From: Raillietiella orientalis
Lineage: Eukaryota
Length of the DNA: 64,000 nt
Reading direction: 5' to 3'
Assembly (NCBI GenBank): GCA_036172245.1
Contig: JAYWIR010000001.1
Span: 6,510,001 to 6,574,000 of the forward strand
Positions 49,110 through 63,500 of this stretch are shown piece after piece (within the stretch, counting starts at the first letter, position 1; every line of letters begins with the position of its first letter). Under the pieces are notes generated by a model. It worked only from the letters and a program-made list of their open reading frames with translations, was not told the DNA's origin and searched no databases. A program made the translations under genes and the position numbers.

Positions 49110-50500
49110 ATCTCCTGCGCCCGCCCCGAACTGGCTTCCGGAGTCAGTTTGCGCGTGGGCAAAGATCAACGGCACCAGCGATGAGGACTACTCCTGCCTC
49201 CGTCGAGGCAGGTACGCTGTCCAGCCCCTGCGAGAGATCGTTTCCAGCCCACGGAAACCTCCGTGGGTTCCATTCACTCCTCTGGCTCCCGTGCTTCCCT
49301 CCCTGGAAAACGCTAGAGAAGCCAACAGGAGGCACCGTGGGAAGTGTCCTGTTTCATCAGAGGCAGCAAAAGCCTGTTGAAGGAGTGGACATATCGGGAA
49401 TTAGCGGACGCTGCAGCCCCGAGTTTCCCGCCTAAAGGACTTTTTACGCGGCGGCGAGCTACTCGGCATACCTCCGGAGGAGGTGAAGTGCCCCTCAACT
49501 CATTGGGACAATGGCACCCTCCTCCCCTTGGATTGAAAGGGGTCGGAGCTGCATTGGGTATTCCTTCGCAGTGCACGCCTTTCTCACTGGACCTGTGGGA
49601 GTGAAGAAGTCGATTGTGCAGTGTGCGGGGAACGGGAAGCCTTCCATCGAGTGTGTCGCACTGCGTCCCACGTGGAATCGACTGTCGTCGATTCTGGACT
49701 CTCCGGTGGGCGACTTAAACGTCATTTTCGGCTGGCAGTCGGACCGTTGAAGCAATCGCTGCTTGATGAAAGAGAGGACTCATTGGGACAATGGCACCCT
49801 CCCTTTGGATTGGCAAGAGACGTCGCTGCTAGTGCTGCATTGGGGACTCCTTTGCAGAGCACGCCTTTCTCACTGGACCTTGGGAGTGTAGATGTCGATT
49901 GTGCAGGTGCGGGGAAAGGGAAAACTTCCCCCACCTCCTTATGGAATGTGTCACCCTACGCCCAATGTGGAATCGACTATCGTCGATTCTGAACATTCCG
50001 GTGGGCGACCCAAAGGTCATTTTCCGTCGCCTCTTGATGCGGGACGCCCTGCAAGCAGCCGCGTGTGTTGCAGTTCTCTGCTGCATACGCAGAATCCTGG
50101 AGAAGTGGACTTTGTCGAGGAGAGGACACAACAGCTGGAATGCCATTCATTGGGCAGTTATCTCTATGGAGCAGGCTTCCCGTTGGCGCCGGCTAAGAAA
50201 AATTCAACCGGCGCTTGTCCACATCCAAAACAGGATGCAGAGGCCTCCTTGCGGTGCACCGCGATCCCTTCCCTTCCCTGCCTTCCCCTTAAAACATTGC
50301 TCCCCCTAGTGTTTTTGTGTTTTTGTTTGTTCTTTTTTTTCCTGGTTTTCCCACCCCCGTCGCCAGTGAAGAGGACCTCACCTGCCTGCGGGTCGGTAAG
50401 GTCAAGTGCTCCAAGGCAGTAAGAACCATGTGTTCTGACTGAAAAACACTATAGACTTTATTATAAAACTTTAATAATAAAAGCCCTGGCTTAACCGGGC
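49110..50500 (+). mobile_element. L1/Tx1-like 3' end with duplicated zf-RVT segment, AATAAA and stem-loop
   Basis: CRCGERENFPHLLMECVTLRPMWNRL. Repeat copies start at 49498 and 49778. AATAAA 50476-50481, hairpin 50483-50500. Confidence 0.75.
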
Positions 50501-53299
50501 CGAAAACCCCACAGAAGCTGAAGCCGTTACACAAACCCTATTTCACTAAATATTTAATATGGGATTGCCCTTGAAAACTCGCGTATAAGTCTCGATGGTT
50601 TGCTTGAAATATGGATTCTGTAAATCGGGAAGCCATAGAAGCACCGATTTGGAATGGAAAAAGAAGAATTTCGTACTCAGAATCGGACTTTTCGGAAACA
50701 AATTCTTGCTGCTACATCGATCCACCATTCGTGTTTCCTTCATTCCAGAGCCGTGGGAAAAATCTTCAGTGCAGGAAACTTCCCAGTAAATGTATGCCGA
50801 CCCATCATGTGGATATCGTGGCAGTACATAATTATGTATGCTACAAGCTGGCCATGCGTGCTACCTACTTCTTCCTACGTCTTTCCATAAACAACCACCT
50901 TGTTAATAATTTGCAGTAAGCAGGAAATGCATTCGCCAACGAAAACCAAAAAGCAACTATTCAGCATCCATACTTTACATTATATCTTCAAATGAACTCA
51001 TACGCCCTCCAAAACATCAGAATACCAGAGGTGAACATCCGCTTAATATACAGCAACCCCCGGGGTTCACCATCCCAGAGCACAAAACATGAATCAGTCC
51101 CTCATACGACATACATCCTTCCTCTTGAAGAACACGCGAGATCAATGTTATTAGTTTCCTCATCAACCACTAATCTCTAGGATGAATTACTCAAATTCCC
51201 GCCGCTGCAAACATAATTACTGGAACTAGCTTATAACCCACCGGAGTAGTACCAATCAACCCACCGTACCCCCTTTTCAACAACTTCAATTCATAAGTCG
51301 AGGTCTGCACCATTTCCACTCCCACCTTATTCGGCCCATTCCGTCGTTGGACGTCTCCTAAAAGCTTTCGCCCATCCAGGGTCACCTAAACTTCTCTGAA
51401 TAACACAATCATTAAAAGCCCCTTGGATACCTTGCGTTTGCCCTTCACAAGATTCTTCAAATAAAGAAATATTCCAGCCTCCCAATCGCTTGCTACTAAG
51501 TTCTTCCTCGTTTAAACAGGGAAACGAACTCGACTTGAATGACTCGAGTCATGTAGCAATTCCAGTCGAAATCCTGTCCACTTTCTGGATAGCGAATGCA
51601 AGGTTCCACATCCATTAGAACTGCCCATGAAAATTCTGCTGCTATCCCTTGAGTGACCATTCCCATATTTGAAGGTCATCATTATTTCATTACAAAACTT
51701 TGCAATTTTAAAGTCCATCATTCATGATCCCCTCAGAACACATCTTTCCTTAACCTCACCATACCACAATTCCTTTAATTTCTAGAGGGTCTTCTCGTTC
51801 ACAAAGCTCACTGAAGATCCTTCTCAATGACAGCAGATTCAAGGAGCCAATCCGGCGGACGCCTCAGCGGAGAACCGAAATCCATTGCACAAAGAAGGAC
51901 ATCGCAACACGGCTGCTGGGCCGCGGAAGAAGTACCACGGCTGCTCGTACGGAGCGTTTCCGCACCCGCGACGTTCAAGCGCGACCAGCGCACCCCTCTG
52001 GGGGATCGTTGAACTGCCAGCTTCCCGTGACCGCCGACGGCGGCGCGGCAGTTATCGTGGGCAGCAGCGCAAGTCTTCCAGTAGCTTGCAGGAACCGTGG
52101 GACACGCGACCCCGTGCCAGGCCTTGGCGGAGCGAATGGTCCGGCATTCGCCTGAGGCGGCTCTTCAAAACGGGCAACGCTCTGCCGGTCGCCCGCAGAA
52201 GCATTTCTGCTTGTTCGCAATGCACTTGAAATTGCGAAGACTAGATCCTGTCATCGTTTGACGACCGTGCCAATTAATGACTTCTTGAACAGCAATGGTT
52301 ACGGCCGCGAATCTGTCATCCACAGTTTCCGAACTCCTCGCCTCGGCAGCCGACACCTGGGTCCAGCAGTGCGTCTCTTCGTGTGCAGACAGATCCGATT
52401 GCAGAACTCAGAAACAGCAACCGCATGCTGGTAATGCTGCCAAATGCTTTGCTTATTGTGAGCAAGGTGTTGGAACCACGCAAGACACAGAACGCACAAC
52501 ATGAGCTGACGCGATCTTCTTGCCTGCCATCCTGCTGCTGCGCATGTATTCTCAAGAAAATGCATGCAGAGCAGCTGCCATCTTCAAAATTGACAGCTCC
52601 GGGTAGATAACAGCAGCAACGGGAACCCTGAACAAAAGAAGAGTTTGCATGGCGCCCGCAGAGACATAACTCTTGCCATCCACAGTTTCCAAGAGTAAAT
52701 ACAAATCCCTAGCTCGTGGGCTGAATCACGAACATACCAGAAGAAGAGAAAGGAGTTAGCGGGTCCTCCTCGTGCTTTCCGAAGCAGCAGACACCGAATT
52801 TAGGCAGTGCGAGATTCCATCGTTTTGATTCCCGTGCGGAGGCGACCAATTTTTCGTGCTGACGGGGCAAGGTTGTTCCCTCTCCACGCGTGCGCACACG
52901 GCAAAACTGCATGGGGGGCAGCCTGAAATCATACCGAATCCCCCAAAAGAAGTTGCCTCCCCCTTCAAGAAGTGAGAACGATCAAGGAAATGCGTTCTGG
53001 TGGCTGCTGAAGGAATGCCGCAGACAGTCAGACGCGGGCTCTGCGTGCCATGCACTTTAAGCATGAGCGGCGGCTCGGTCGACCCGTGGGACGCTTCCCA
53101 CCTGCACGGCCACAGGTTTTTCGTACTGCCTGTCTCCGTCTCGATAAACTCACTCTGCACACGCCTCTCGACCGATGTCTGAGATCCAAGAGTGAAAAGG
53201 AAAGTGCAAATAATAAAGGGCCGCAAGCTGGAAAATTGCAAGCAAGTCGGCGCATCAGCAGGTCCACACACTCAAAAGGCCTTCAGCCATCCTCAGCTC

Positions 53300-54300
53300 A
53301 GAAAGCCGAGGATTCGGCACCTCGCTTTCTAGGGGCACTCAAAAGAACAAACGAGGAGGCAGGGATCGCAAACTTCCCGGAAATTCAGGATGAAGAGCTT
53401 CCACCTCTTTGTACATCCCTCGCACTACTAAAGATGGAAGCAGTGCGCGGACCAGGAATGAGATTGCGCAACCACCCCGGCCCATTTCAGAAGTTGAGGA
53501 CCAGCGCCAACAGCACCTGAAAACAGAAAATTCCGAGTTGCGGGACTTTCAGGAACCTCGCATCCGCGCAGAATCCGTGAGATTTTGAAAATGAACCCAC
53601 CGCGACCTCATTCGTTGACTGTCCGGAATGATCCCCTGCGCAAGGCTGGAACTCAGCGACTTTCCTGAACGGATTTCAAGAGGGAGGGAAGTTTCATCAT
53701 TTTGGGGACAGGAAGATGTTTGCTGTGCCGAAGTCGACTGAATGGACGCTTCCGTGGCCGCAAGACGGAAGGATTCGTGAAACCTCTTTACTGATGCTTT
53801 CTCACTTTGACCATACGAGAAAAGGATCACAGCACGATTGGAGTGTAGAGAAGCAAACAGGAAGATGCTGCAGAAGTTTCTTACTTCCTAAAATACCCAT
53901 GGAGTCTATTCCGCGCAACACCAAAGAAAGTGGCGGGAAGGACGTTCTTCTGGCACATGCCGATGACTAAATAATCCTCACAGCATCCAAGCATAAAATG
54001 AAGAAAAGTTCATTGCACTTTGAATATCGAACCAAACAGACAATTACGCGCCACAACTCCGCCAACTGCTTCTCTCCGCTTTCTTGGAGTCGGCGGGTTC
54101 AGCTTTTCCAAAGTTTGATGTCCAAGGAGTCCATACGCACAAAACAAGGAAGACAATGGCAGGATTGTGTATCCGATGCAGTCAGGACATCTGAAGCCAC
54201 CAATTGGAACGTACTCCACGTAACATATGCGATCCCAGGGAATACGGGGAACACGGTAATGGCCACAGGCAGCAAGTAGAGGGAATCGCCGGGCAGCAGG
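53300..54300 (+). mobile_element. Degenerate non-LTR RT relic
   Basis: RSKQEDAAEVSYF (GVKQGD-like) followed by VLLAHADD (YADD-like, about 53944-53967). Confidence 0.45.
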
Positions 54301-55899
54301 ATGAAGAACGCCTCCGAGGCACAACGCCGGGAATGGACTCAAATGATTGGGGCATGGCGAAGAATTCGCACGGCCCTCGTATACCATTTTTCATATGCCC
54401 TATCCTTTTTATGTTCCGTGCCAACATGTACCGGCATAGAAGTCTCCTTCCTTTCTGCATCACTATATGGGATTCCACAAACCGATGAAGCAGCTTTACG
54501 TGAAAAGTATCCGTTTGCACATTTGGTACATGCGTTAGCTGGAAGAAGGCCATTTCAAATCAGAAAGGGTGAGCCTTTTCGAAGTTGAAGGATCACTTGG
54601 CTTGGGCTTCGAAAGCTTCAGAGGGTGTTCGGACAATATGGTGCGCGCATGCGCATTGCAGGGTGGCCTTCAGAATAGAGTACACGACAGAGGTATTCCA
54701 CGTTCGGATTCACGTGAGAATACCTACAATCGAATTCGTGATGTCGATCTCAGGGGGAAACAGCGCGGCAAGTCTTCCTATTTCTCCCCATCTTGTCCCT
54801 TCAAGTGACCAACCGAATCTGCTGTGCGCAGCCACGCAAAGTTCGTTGGTTGATGCGGAAATCACCAAATGTGGTTCGCGGTCTGCGATTCGCCTGGAAA
54901 GCAGAGCGCGGATTTTCTCCGATGTCTTTGGCAGAAGATGTCTTCAACAGATACAGACGACAGTGCCTGCGTCGGTGCCTGAATCGTGATTGGCGACCTT
55001 GTCGAAGGCTCCATCACACTGCGCCTTGACTCCAGACAAGCAGCCGGGATGGCGTCGTCAACAGCAGAACAGGGCACACTTATTTTCTGCCGCCCCATGC
55101 CGTCAGTTTCAGAGTGCGATCAGATTCAGAAAGCCACAAGATGGAGGAACCGAAGGGGTTGAGTTTTCCGTTTCGTCACCGAATGCGTGGGGGAAAATGT
55201 CTTCCTTTGCTGAATCCTATCCGAGCGGAAATGTCATTATCCGCTCAGCCACAAATTTGCGAGGTGAATTCCCGATTGCCTGGAATGCCTGGTTCGCAAC
55301 CCCCCGAAAAGTTACTTTCGCCCGCCCCTGCGCCACAAATTCCCGATTTCTCTTCCCCTCCTCCCTAATAATCTCTCTTATGCATATTCCAATTGCCGTC
55401 TCCTCCTGGAAAAGAAGTCATTCCGACATGGGACGCGCACAAGTACAGTGCCAGCAGATAGTACTGCAGTGCTTTTATTTTCTCTGCCGAGCTGCCGACA
55501 GACAATCATCTGATGTGGACAAGGCCGCATCCCATCAACCTTTATTTGATCCACTCTTAAGAGGAAGAGATTTACGGTGTTGGATGGAATGCGACCCAGC
55601 AGAGTGAATCCTTGTTGAAGACGCAGGATACACTCAACGGCGTGCTCATATCATGTGCACCATCAGTGAGATGGCTGCTCCTGAAAGAGTCTTCCTGAAT
55701 CCGGAATGGAATTTTCTACAGGGTGAGGTCAAATCGGGACACACTAACCATGAGTTTGACTTGCAGGAGTTTTCCATTTGGACTGATTCTGCAGTTTAAG
55801 GTTGCGGCGATTTTCGAGGATTCACGCACTCTTCTTTCACGTGAAGTCATTTGAATAATACGCGGAACTACCCTGGAGCATTACCCATCCCAGATGCTC

Positions 55900-58800
55900 G
55901 TTGCTGACACGTGAACATCACGAAGAAGTTGATTTTCGGAATGACGAAGTAAAACTCGGGATGCCGTGGACATTTCGTTTGAGCTCTTCGGAAACCTCTG
56001 GGATCGGCTTTTCATGGGAAAGAGAAACCAGAGAAGCACGGAACTTTCTTAGTCTAATGGATATTTCGAGGACGACGTTTCGGCAATGTGCCGTTTCCGT
56101 TTCTCAATCGCAATCATTCAGTAGTTTCATGATGTTGACAGCTATGTTGCGAGGGTCCCCGGAAAAGGTCTTAATGAAAAACAAGATTCGTGTTGCATTT
56201 TGTACCATACCGAGACAGAAATCATGCACTCCACTACTCCTGTAGCGGGAGCAGTCCTAGGTCCCCGTCCTCCTGCACATTCTTCGGTTGACGTCCTCTG
56301 CAGTCACCCTCAAGATCCTCATAGCTCCAAGTCATTTGGAGCCTGGCCGGAAACTCTTGCATTGGGTGAAAACGTGCTGCATGTGAAGAGCACGGATAGC
56401 ATCAACAGAGCCTGAAAGCAGTCGTAATTACGGCCGCTGAATATGGGGTGGAAGTCTACTGTTTGCAGCAAAGGGAAGAAGACAAGCGGAGCAAAGCAAA
56501 CGAAGCAGAGGAGCGTACGTCTTCTGACGTGCGCTCATCGCAATGGTCGCCACGTGCGCACGGGTTGTCACCCCAAGCAGCGGGCAATGCTTGGAGAGAT
56601 TACTGCGGTACTGCTCAGGCGATGGAAACGGTCAGAAGGCCACTGCCCACGAAGGTAGGACGAAAACAAGAATCCTTCTCGGTTTCCTCAACACTTGGCC
56701 GTTCTCAGGCAGCTCGCCGAGGTGACTCCTGCTCCCAGCATGAGAACGACTTCTCGCCTGCTCCGCTTCACCTGGTCAAGCCTCGGAGGAATTTTAATGG
56801 CGGGCAACTGTGGAGCACTGTCTTCGTTTGGAGCCGCTAGGATGAAGCAGCCGTTGCTTCCAGACAGAAGGCACTCAATGGCGAGCATCTTACAAGTCTC
56901 CCCTTCCCCTACGGCAGAAGCAGATCTTTTCGAAACTCGGATTCGCCTTGAGGTTTCTTCCCCAGAAAAACGAGCATTCTTCCAGGACTCGGGAATGTGT
57001 CCATCCAGAGTGGATAGGCTGTGGAAATCAGAGTCCCGCTATCGCGAGCACAAACTTCACAAAAAATGCCATCGTCTTCTTGCTTGCGTGGAGTTCTCGG
57101 TTCGTCGAAGTTTCTTGCAAGGAAGCTCAATATGTGCTGCCGGCGATTGGAAACATCACGAAGAGCTCACACTCCTTTGAGCTCCATTTGTCACTGCGGA
57201 ATCATCGGCAGTGGAATTTTGCAGTTTGCATTCCTTTGTAAGTGGTACAACCGAATTCATTCCTCCGCCTATCTTGAACGGACATTCGAATGTTTCTTAC
57301 CTGACTTCATCCCTGAATACATCTCATTCCCCTATGCTCTTTGTCGTCTCGCAGCACGTGTCCACAAAATATGTTCTGTATGGAGGAGGCAAGCTGAGCA
57401 CCTCTGATCCAAGGGACGCGATCACAGTGGAGTTTGTACAGGTTGAGCCGTTCTACCCAATCGCGAAAGGGTGCCATAGATCTCACCACCGCGGTAACAA
57501 GATATCGCACGCCTACATTGGGCATGCGCGTCCGTTTGGGGAGCTTTCCAATTCTTCAGATGTGTAAACCAGCTTCTACTCGCTCGGTTTTCAGAGAGTC
57601 CCGTGGGATCTCTTCCCAAATGCTCATCGTGAACCTCGGATTTCCTTTGCCAACAAGACGAAAGGCATGTGACTCCCGGAGAGTTGCCCGTTTTGCACTC
57701 TGCACGCAGTTAAGCTCACCTTCATAGATGTTCACATCCAACTGTGTGGCTTGGCAATTACGGAGCCTGGATTTTCTGAGGAACTATAAAATTTCCAAAG
57801 CGCACCTAACAGTGGAAGGGTATGTAGTGCGTCCGTCTGAAAGACCAAGTGGCTCCACCCCGGTATGGAGTACTCAATCTCCTGGCGTCTGGATGAAATG
57901 GTACAGCTGCTTGAAATGCAAAGACTGAAGCGAGATCCTGAACATCGTAGGACGCGCTGGCGTCTCCCGTCACTTCTGCATGCAAACGCAAGATTTGTAG
58001 TCGTTGGTCTCATGCTTCTTGCCGTCTCGAGTCATAGAAACCTGGCCTGACGGAGGTGGAAACCCTTGCAGATGGGTGTGTCAGGGAAGGAGTAGACACG
58101 CTCAAGCTCTTTTGTGTGCACGTCCTGCTCCCACACAAACAGCTTCGATTTTCTCTGACTGAGCAGTCAACATCTGAAATGCTGCAACCTCAGAGGAATG
58201 CTGGAGGATTCTTTGGAAGGATTCGTCAGTGCCAACGTGGCAACACTGTGCATCTGTAGCAGAGGATATGAGAAAACGACGAGGACTTTTGGCAGCCGAC
58301 TGCCTTGAAAGCTGCGCTTCTTGCGATAGTTCGTACGGCGTGCCATTCTTCGAAGATCGAATATGTGCTTTCACCGTTCTTTCCGAATGAATTTTGAAAA
58401 TTCCTCGTTCTGGAAAAAAAAAAAATTGGCGATTCGGGATCATGGATGCATGGATGAGGAAGTGCAATTAGGAAAGGCAATCTGCCCTTCACACCTGATT
58501 TCTCTCGGAAGGTGGCAGCTACGTATAGGATTGCTTCCTGGACTGCAAGGCTTTCGCTCCTCAAGCGCGAATTAGCGTGCTCCTCCGTGAAAAGGAAGAT
58601 GAAGCAAACGACGTTGTGAGGAGACAGGTCGGCGTGGGCGGAGGTGGACACGGCGGACAAGCTGGAGAACCTGCTCGAGATGGCAACCAGTGTTCGACTG
58701 CATGTGCCCTGCACCGAATCGAGACTGGGATGCTGAGATGTCAGAGGACCCACGTCATCCGTCCGCCTTGCGCCCTCCGCAGCCCCCCCTGAAACACCTG

Positions 58801-59900
58801 CTGAGTGCTGAGTGAAATGGCTCCCTGCACTCTGAGCCAGCCTGTAGGAATCTCCCGCACTGGAGGAACTTTGGAAGCATCTGATCGCTGAAGTCGAATG
58901 CTTTCCGCCGATCGACTGCGTCAGCGAGCTTTCCCGCTGCCAGCGCTTCAATCAGACCATTCGGATTTAGCATCCGTGCTATTGAGAGCGGTAGCCTCTT
59001 GTTGGAAGTGAAACTAAGGGCTAGCTTCCGCTCTCTTTCCGGGAGCAGGTAAGTTCTGTTGCATACCCACGAACGCGTCTGCAACGGTTCCAGGCGCTTG
59101 CTCTGTATCTTTCCTGGCATCTTTGCCTCCGAGTTGAGGATGGGTTCTAGTTCCTTGTGTTCCGAAGTTCTTCTTTCGGAGGAAAAAAAACTCCCGCTTG
59201 CCTACAGAAAGAAAGCGGACACTTTGGCTTCAACCCGAACGAGCACACGCAGTTCCTCACCAATGGTATCATCTCTGTTGTGGAGCATTGGTGACATTCC
59301 ATTGGCAGGGAGAGCCTTCCCTTCACTCTTACTTCCTCTTGAGTTTTCAAACGGTGGTCATGACCTCTTCGGTTGAAGACTGCTTGCTGCAGTTACCTCG
59401 CGACTTCTTCCCGAGGAGAGGTGCGAATTCGAACCGCAGACGCTAAGCCAAATCGCTCCCTGAATCCTCCCTTCGGCTTGCGGAGCAATAGAAATGTCGT
59501 GTGATGCTTCCAGCCGGCGCCAGGCACGAGCGTTGCAGGTCGGGAGTCGCCCCACTATAATCTGGGTCACCCCCGTACTGACAGAACTGTCTCTCGGTCA
59601 CTGCCTTACACTCGGCCCGTCAACGTGCGTCTGGCTTTCTCTGTTGTCTTCCAGACCGCAAAAAGCGCGTCCGCTTCTTAATCCTCCAACTACGCCCGTA
59701 AGTCCCATCTGCTCCCGAAAATATAGAAGAAGAAGCGATGACCCACCTGTTCGAATGCTTTTCCCGTGTCGACTGCGACTGCTAGGTCACACGCTGGAAT
59801 GCGGCCTCCCGTTTCTGGCGAGCGAGAAATTCAGGAAAGACGAGCACTACATCGCCAGCAGCAGTCGCAAAAGTCAAGAAAGTTCCACCACCGCGCACTC
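55900..59900 (+). mobile_element. Highly decayed non-LTR element (possible gag knuckles, APE, RT)
   Basis: Cys/His-rich remnant near 56.2 kb, RNFNGGQLWS (GDFNxxxxxW-like), QSPGV, PHKQLRFS (QxGFR-like) and EANDVV (ADD-like) in the expected order. Boundaries uncertain. Confidence 0.35.
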
Positions 59901-60499
59901 TGCTTCCACGGTCACGCGGGGGAGTTCCTGGTGAAAGACATCTTTTGGCAACACCGCTTGCAGCTCCGCAATGCCATTGGGGTGCAGTTACTCTGGGATG
60001 TTCCAGAGCAGCTATGTGCTCGGAAGATGTCCGCTCAGGGAAATTAGGGACAAGAGAATTGAACAAAAGAGATATAAAAACATCTCATGAGGGAGACGCC
60101 AACGAAACCGAGAACACAATACACCCCAAGGACCTCGTTCGGACGCCTCTTCATGCGTGGCGGGATGCTGCCTGCTGCTGCTATCGCACTTCTACGCTGC
60201 ATCCGCGGAATGGCGGCGGCCGAAACACCCGATAGAGGAGAGCGTAGTAACTGGGAAACCATTTCCTCTGCCTTTTCGTGCTTGTGGATGGCAGTGAGGT
60301 GGCCACAGTCGAGGAACAGTCAGGAGGAACATGCCTGCATCCATGGGAAGATGTGAAGTTCACCAGAGAGCAACCTGCAATTCCTCCCCTCCATCCTCGC
60401 GGATTCTGAAAACAGAAGAAATTGCGGTGTTTCAGATTGGAACTGTGAGCACATCGTGATCTCTCTGATTCGAAAAAGAAAGCTGTGGACTCCTTGGCA

Positions 60500-63400
60500 A
60501 AGTGGGGATGTTTCAGGCAACCAGTCCTAAATACGCTGTTCGTAAACCGTCTCCCATGAAAGTCCGAATCGTTTTCTGGGATCCAGGAGCGTCTCCTGAT
60601 GTTTCATCACTGAGGGATCCTCTGCTGCACACGTATCAATGCTGACACAGAACTGCTGAAGATAAACACCGCCTTGAGTGCGGACGTTTCTAAGTACGAC
60701 TGCATCTGTATACCTGTGGCACACTTTCCAAGGAGTGGAGGGTGGTCAGGTCAGGCAAAGCAGTTGCAAGAACAGTCTGCGTTGGAGATTCATTCAGGAC
60801 TCGCAAGGAGGGAGCTGTATCGCTTTTATAAACTAATCCGTGAAACAGGAAGAATGGGAGTGCCAAACTGCGGCAGGATGCGAACACTAACTTTGAGTTA
60901 CACCCTGCAAAACTTGCGAGAAGCGCATCAGCAAGAACCACCGGGGCTGAGAAATGGGAACCAATGACACAAAGACAATGTGCTAGGATGTCCACTTCTG
61001 CTTTCACCCCTTACTTGTTTTACCATCCTTCCTATCCTTCCTTACTTTGAGCTCCAAACCTGCACAAGGAGGCCACCAATCTTGGCCACGCAAGAGAAAA
61101 GTTTCTGGCTGCAAGATCAGTTAGATGACGTCTCAGGATCACTGTGCTCCTTATTATGGATTCCGCTCTATCATGAATCCCGAAAGTGTGCATGCAACCA
61201 CTCCCTAGCTGGTACCACCGCGTAAACCGACCACAATTGAAAGGGAATTCGGAGAATCCGGGATTCACCGTGTTAGCTCATCGCATGGGCATACTCCTTC
61301 CCCACCGATGAAGAGGGAACCTGAAGGGAAAGTTGGGAAAGACCACGGAGAGGAAAGTCGCGAGTCGCCAAAGGGCATGCTTTGAAGACAGCACTGGCGA
61401 TTGCGGGGGGGTAGCCTGGGAACTCTTATCCTTTGCAGACGGCGCCAGCCGAAATGGAAATCGGCAGCGACTTTTTAAAATGCTGTGTTTCGTTTTGGAG
61501 ACAAAGTGCAGCTGCGTAGAAGGAAGAAACGTCGGTAAAGTAGTCAGAACTGAAATGCATGGGAGAATGGTTTCACTCAACTTTCATCCATGGCTGTTCC
61601 TGTCATGCACTGGCGATTTCAGAAGGTCCCTAGCGTTACTGTGCTTGCACGGTTCATCTCGTGTGGCAGAGTGCACCATGTGCATCTCAGGACTGGACAT
61701 TTGCGACCTTTCCCATACACTGCTTTCATCCAACGCTCGCGTTTCGTCCACCGGTTTCACTTCCGGCTACTTTGTCGACGGGTCATCCTTGGAAGCATCC
61801 TCGCTCGTTCCACCTAGCAGAAGCCTGCGAGCCAATGGAAATACTCCGACACAAACCTCTGCAAAACTCCAGTCTCTCACCGACAAAACCCAGGGAACTT
61901 TTTCTGGGAAGATGCATATGCTCTCGGCTGCTTGTCACGAACGAGATCGGGTGGATCAGTGACTCTAGGAAACGAGCAGCACGCTTCGAATCCACAGGAA
62001 AGCTTTCCGGAACTTACGAAAAAGAAAAAAGAGCGAAAGTCCCACCACTTCATGGAACCACTGATGTAAGCGACCTCTGAAGAGCTTTCCTCGGAAAAGG
62101 AATACACGCTCTACGTGCGAGCAAGTTTCTTGTCAGGAATTGCTCCCGGCGGTTGCCTCTCTCTAGAGGATGCTCCTGGAGATTCCCCAACGTGTCACAA
62201 GTTTCTTGATATACCCATATCAGGACACTCCCTAGAGGGATACAGGATTAACTAATGGTGACGTCATCCATGCACGTATTATGGGCGAATGTCTAACTCC
62301 CAATTATAGCTGAATCGTAACTACATGCTGGCATGGAATTCGTGTTTTATGGACAAATGTAGAAAAAGAAAGCACCCGAGCTTTCGATAGAGTTGAGAAA
62401 CCTTTTCAGAAAGCTTCTCAAGATGCTGAAGCTTTTCGAGCAGAACATTTCGGGAGGTTTGTGGATAAATATTCTGCACAAATTCTCGGGAGCAAGAAGC
62501 GGCTGGAAGTGGCAGGGTGAAGAAAAGGGACAGAATGCATCTTTTGTGGCTGATGAATCCAACCACACCAGCTAAACTCCACGCCTTCTAAGAAAGGGGA
62601 CTCTGGAAACCATTTCAATCAAATCGGCAGGCCCGCGGATTCCATCTCACAGTACACACGAAACAGGGACCTCTCAGGGGTCAAACCGCACAAGAGCAAG
62701 CTGCATTCTCACCATCCCAAATTTCGTAGGACGGCAAGTTTGCACGGCGGCTGCATTGTGTGTTTTCCCGAGAAGTCTTGAGCGCTCTGGGAAGCACGTT
62801 GCATCCAGAGTCCCACACGTGTGGATGCACTGCACTGAAATCAGCATCCCGACGTGTGAAAGCAGGAGTAAGCGCAAAGGAAACAATAAACTGAATTGCT
62901 GTAGCAACAGGAAAAAAAGGAACAAGAATCGCTTCAAAAATCACGAGAGGCTCAACTGTTTGCCTTCCGTCCTTCCAGATATCAGGCAAAACATGCACGT
63001 GGGCGGAGCAGAACCCTGGAAGAGCACTGAAGCTCATGTAAAATCTGACAGATTCCTCACTGGCTCCAGGAACCGTGGAAAAATTCCAACCCTACGCAAG
63101 AGCGTAAACGCCAAATAATCTGGTGGCAATGCTGCAAGAAAGTTGAGGAGATGGAAAAAAAAAAAAAAAAACAATTCGTTGAGGCTATCGCGCGAACTAG
63201 CCCGGTCATCTTGAGAACAGAACCCAAGAGACGAAAGCAATTGGGTTCTTCCGCAGTGATGATTCCACACGAAGTGTTGCTCAGGCGAGAGATGTAAGTG
63301 CTCTTGACTGCGTGCAGAGTGCAAAACGGGCCGCTCCCCGGGAATCTCGGACGGTTGCCCGTCTCGCTCTCTCCATTCAGTCAAACGTGCTTCCATCCAT

Positions 63401-63500
63401 GTTCTGGGCGGCGCAGCGGGTGAAATCTTCACTGCAGCGCAACCCCAGTGCTTTCGTCTTTGTGATTTCGCTGTGGTAGTCACCGTTTCTCTATACGGAT
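60500..63500 (+). mobile_element. Decayed L1/Tx1-like element
   Basis: TRAFDRVE (KAFDRVE-like, about 62375-62397) followed by FRKLLKML...GLWINILH (FLxxxLxxxG..WIxILY-like). Extent inferred. Confidence 0.4.
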
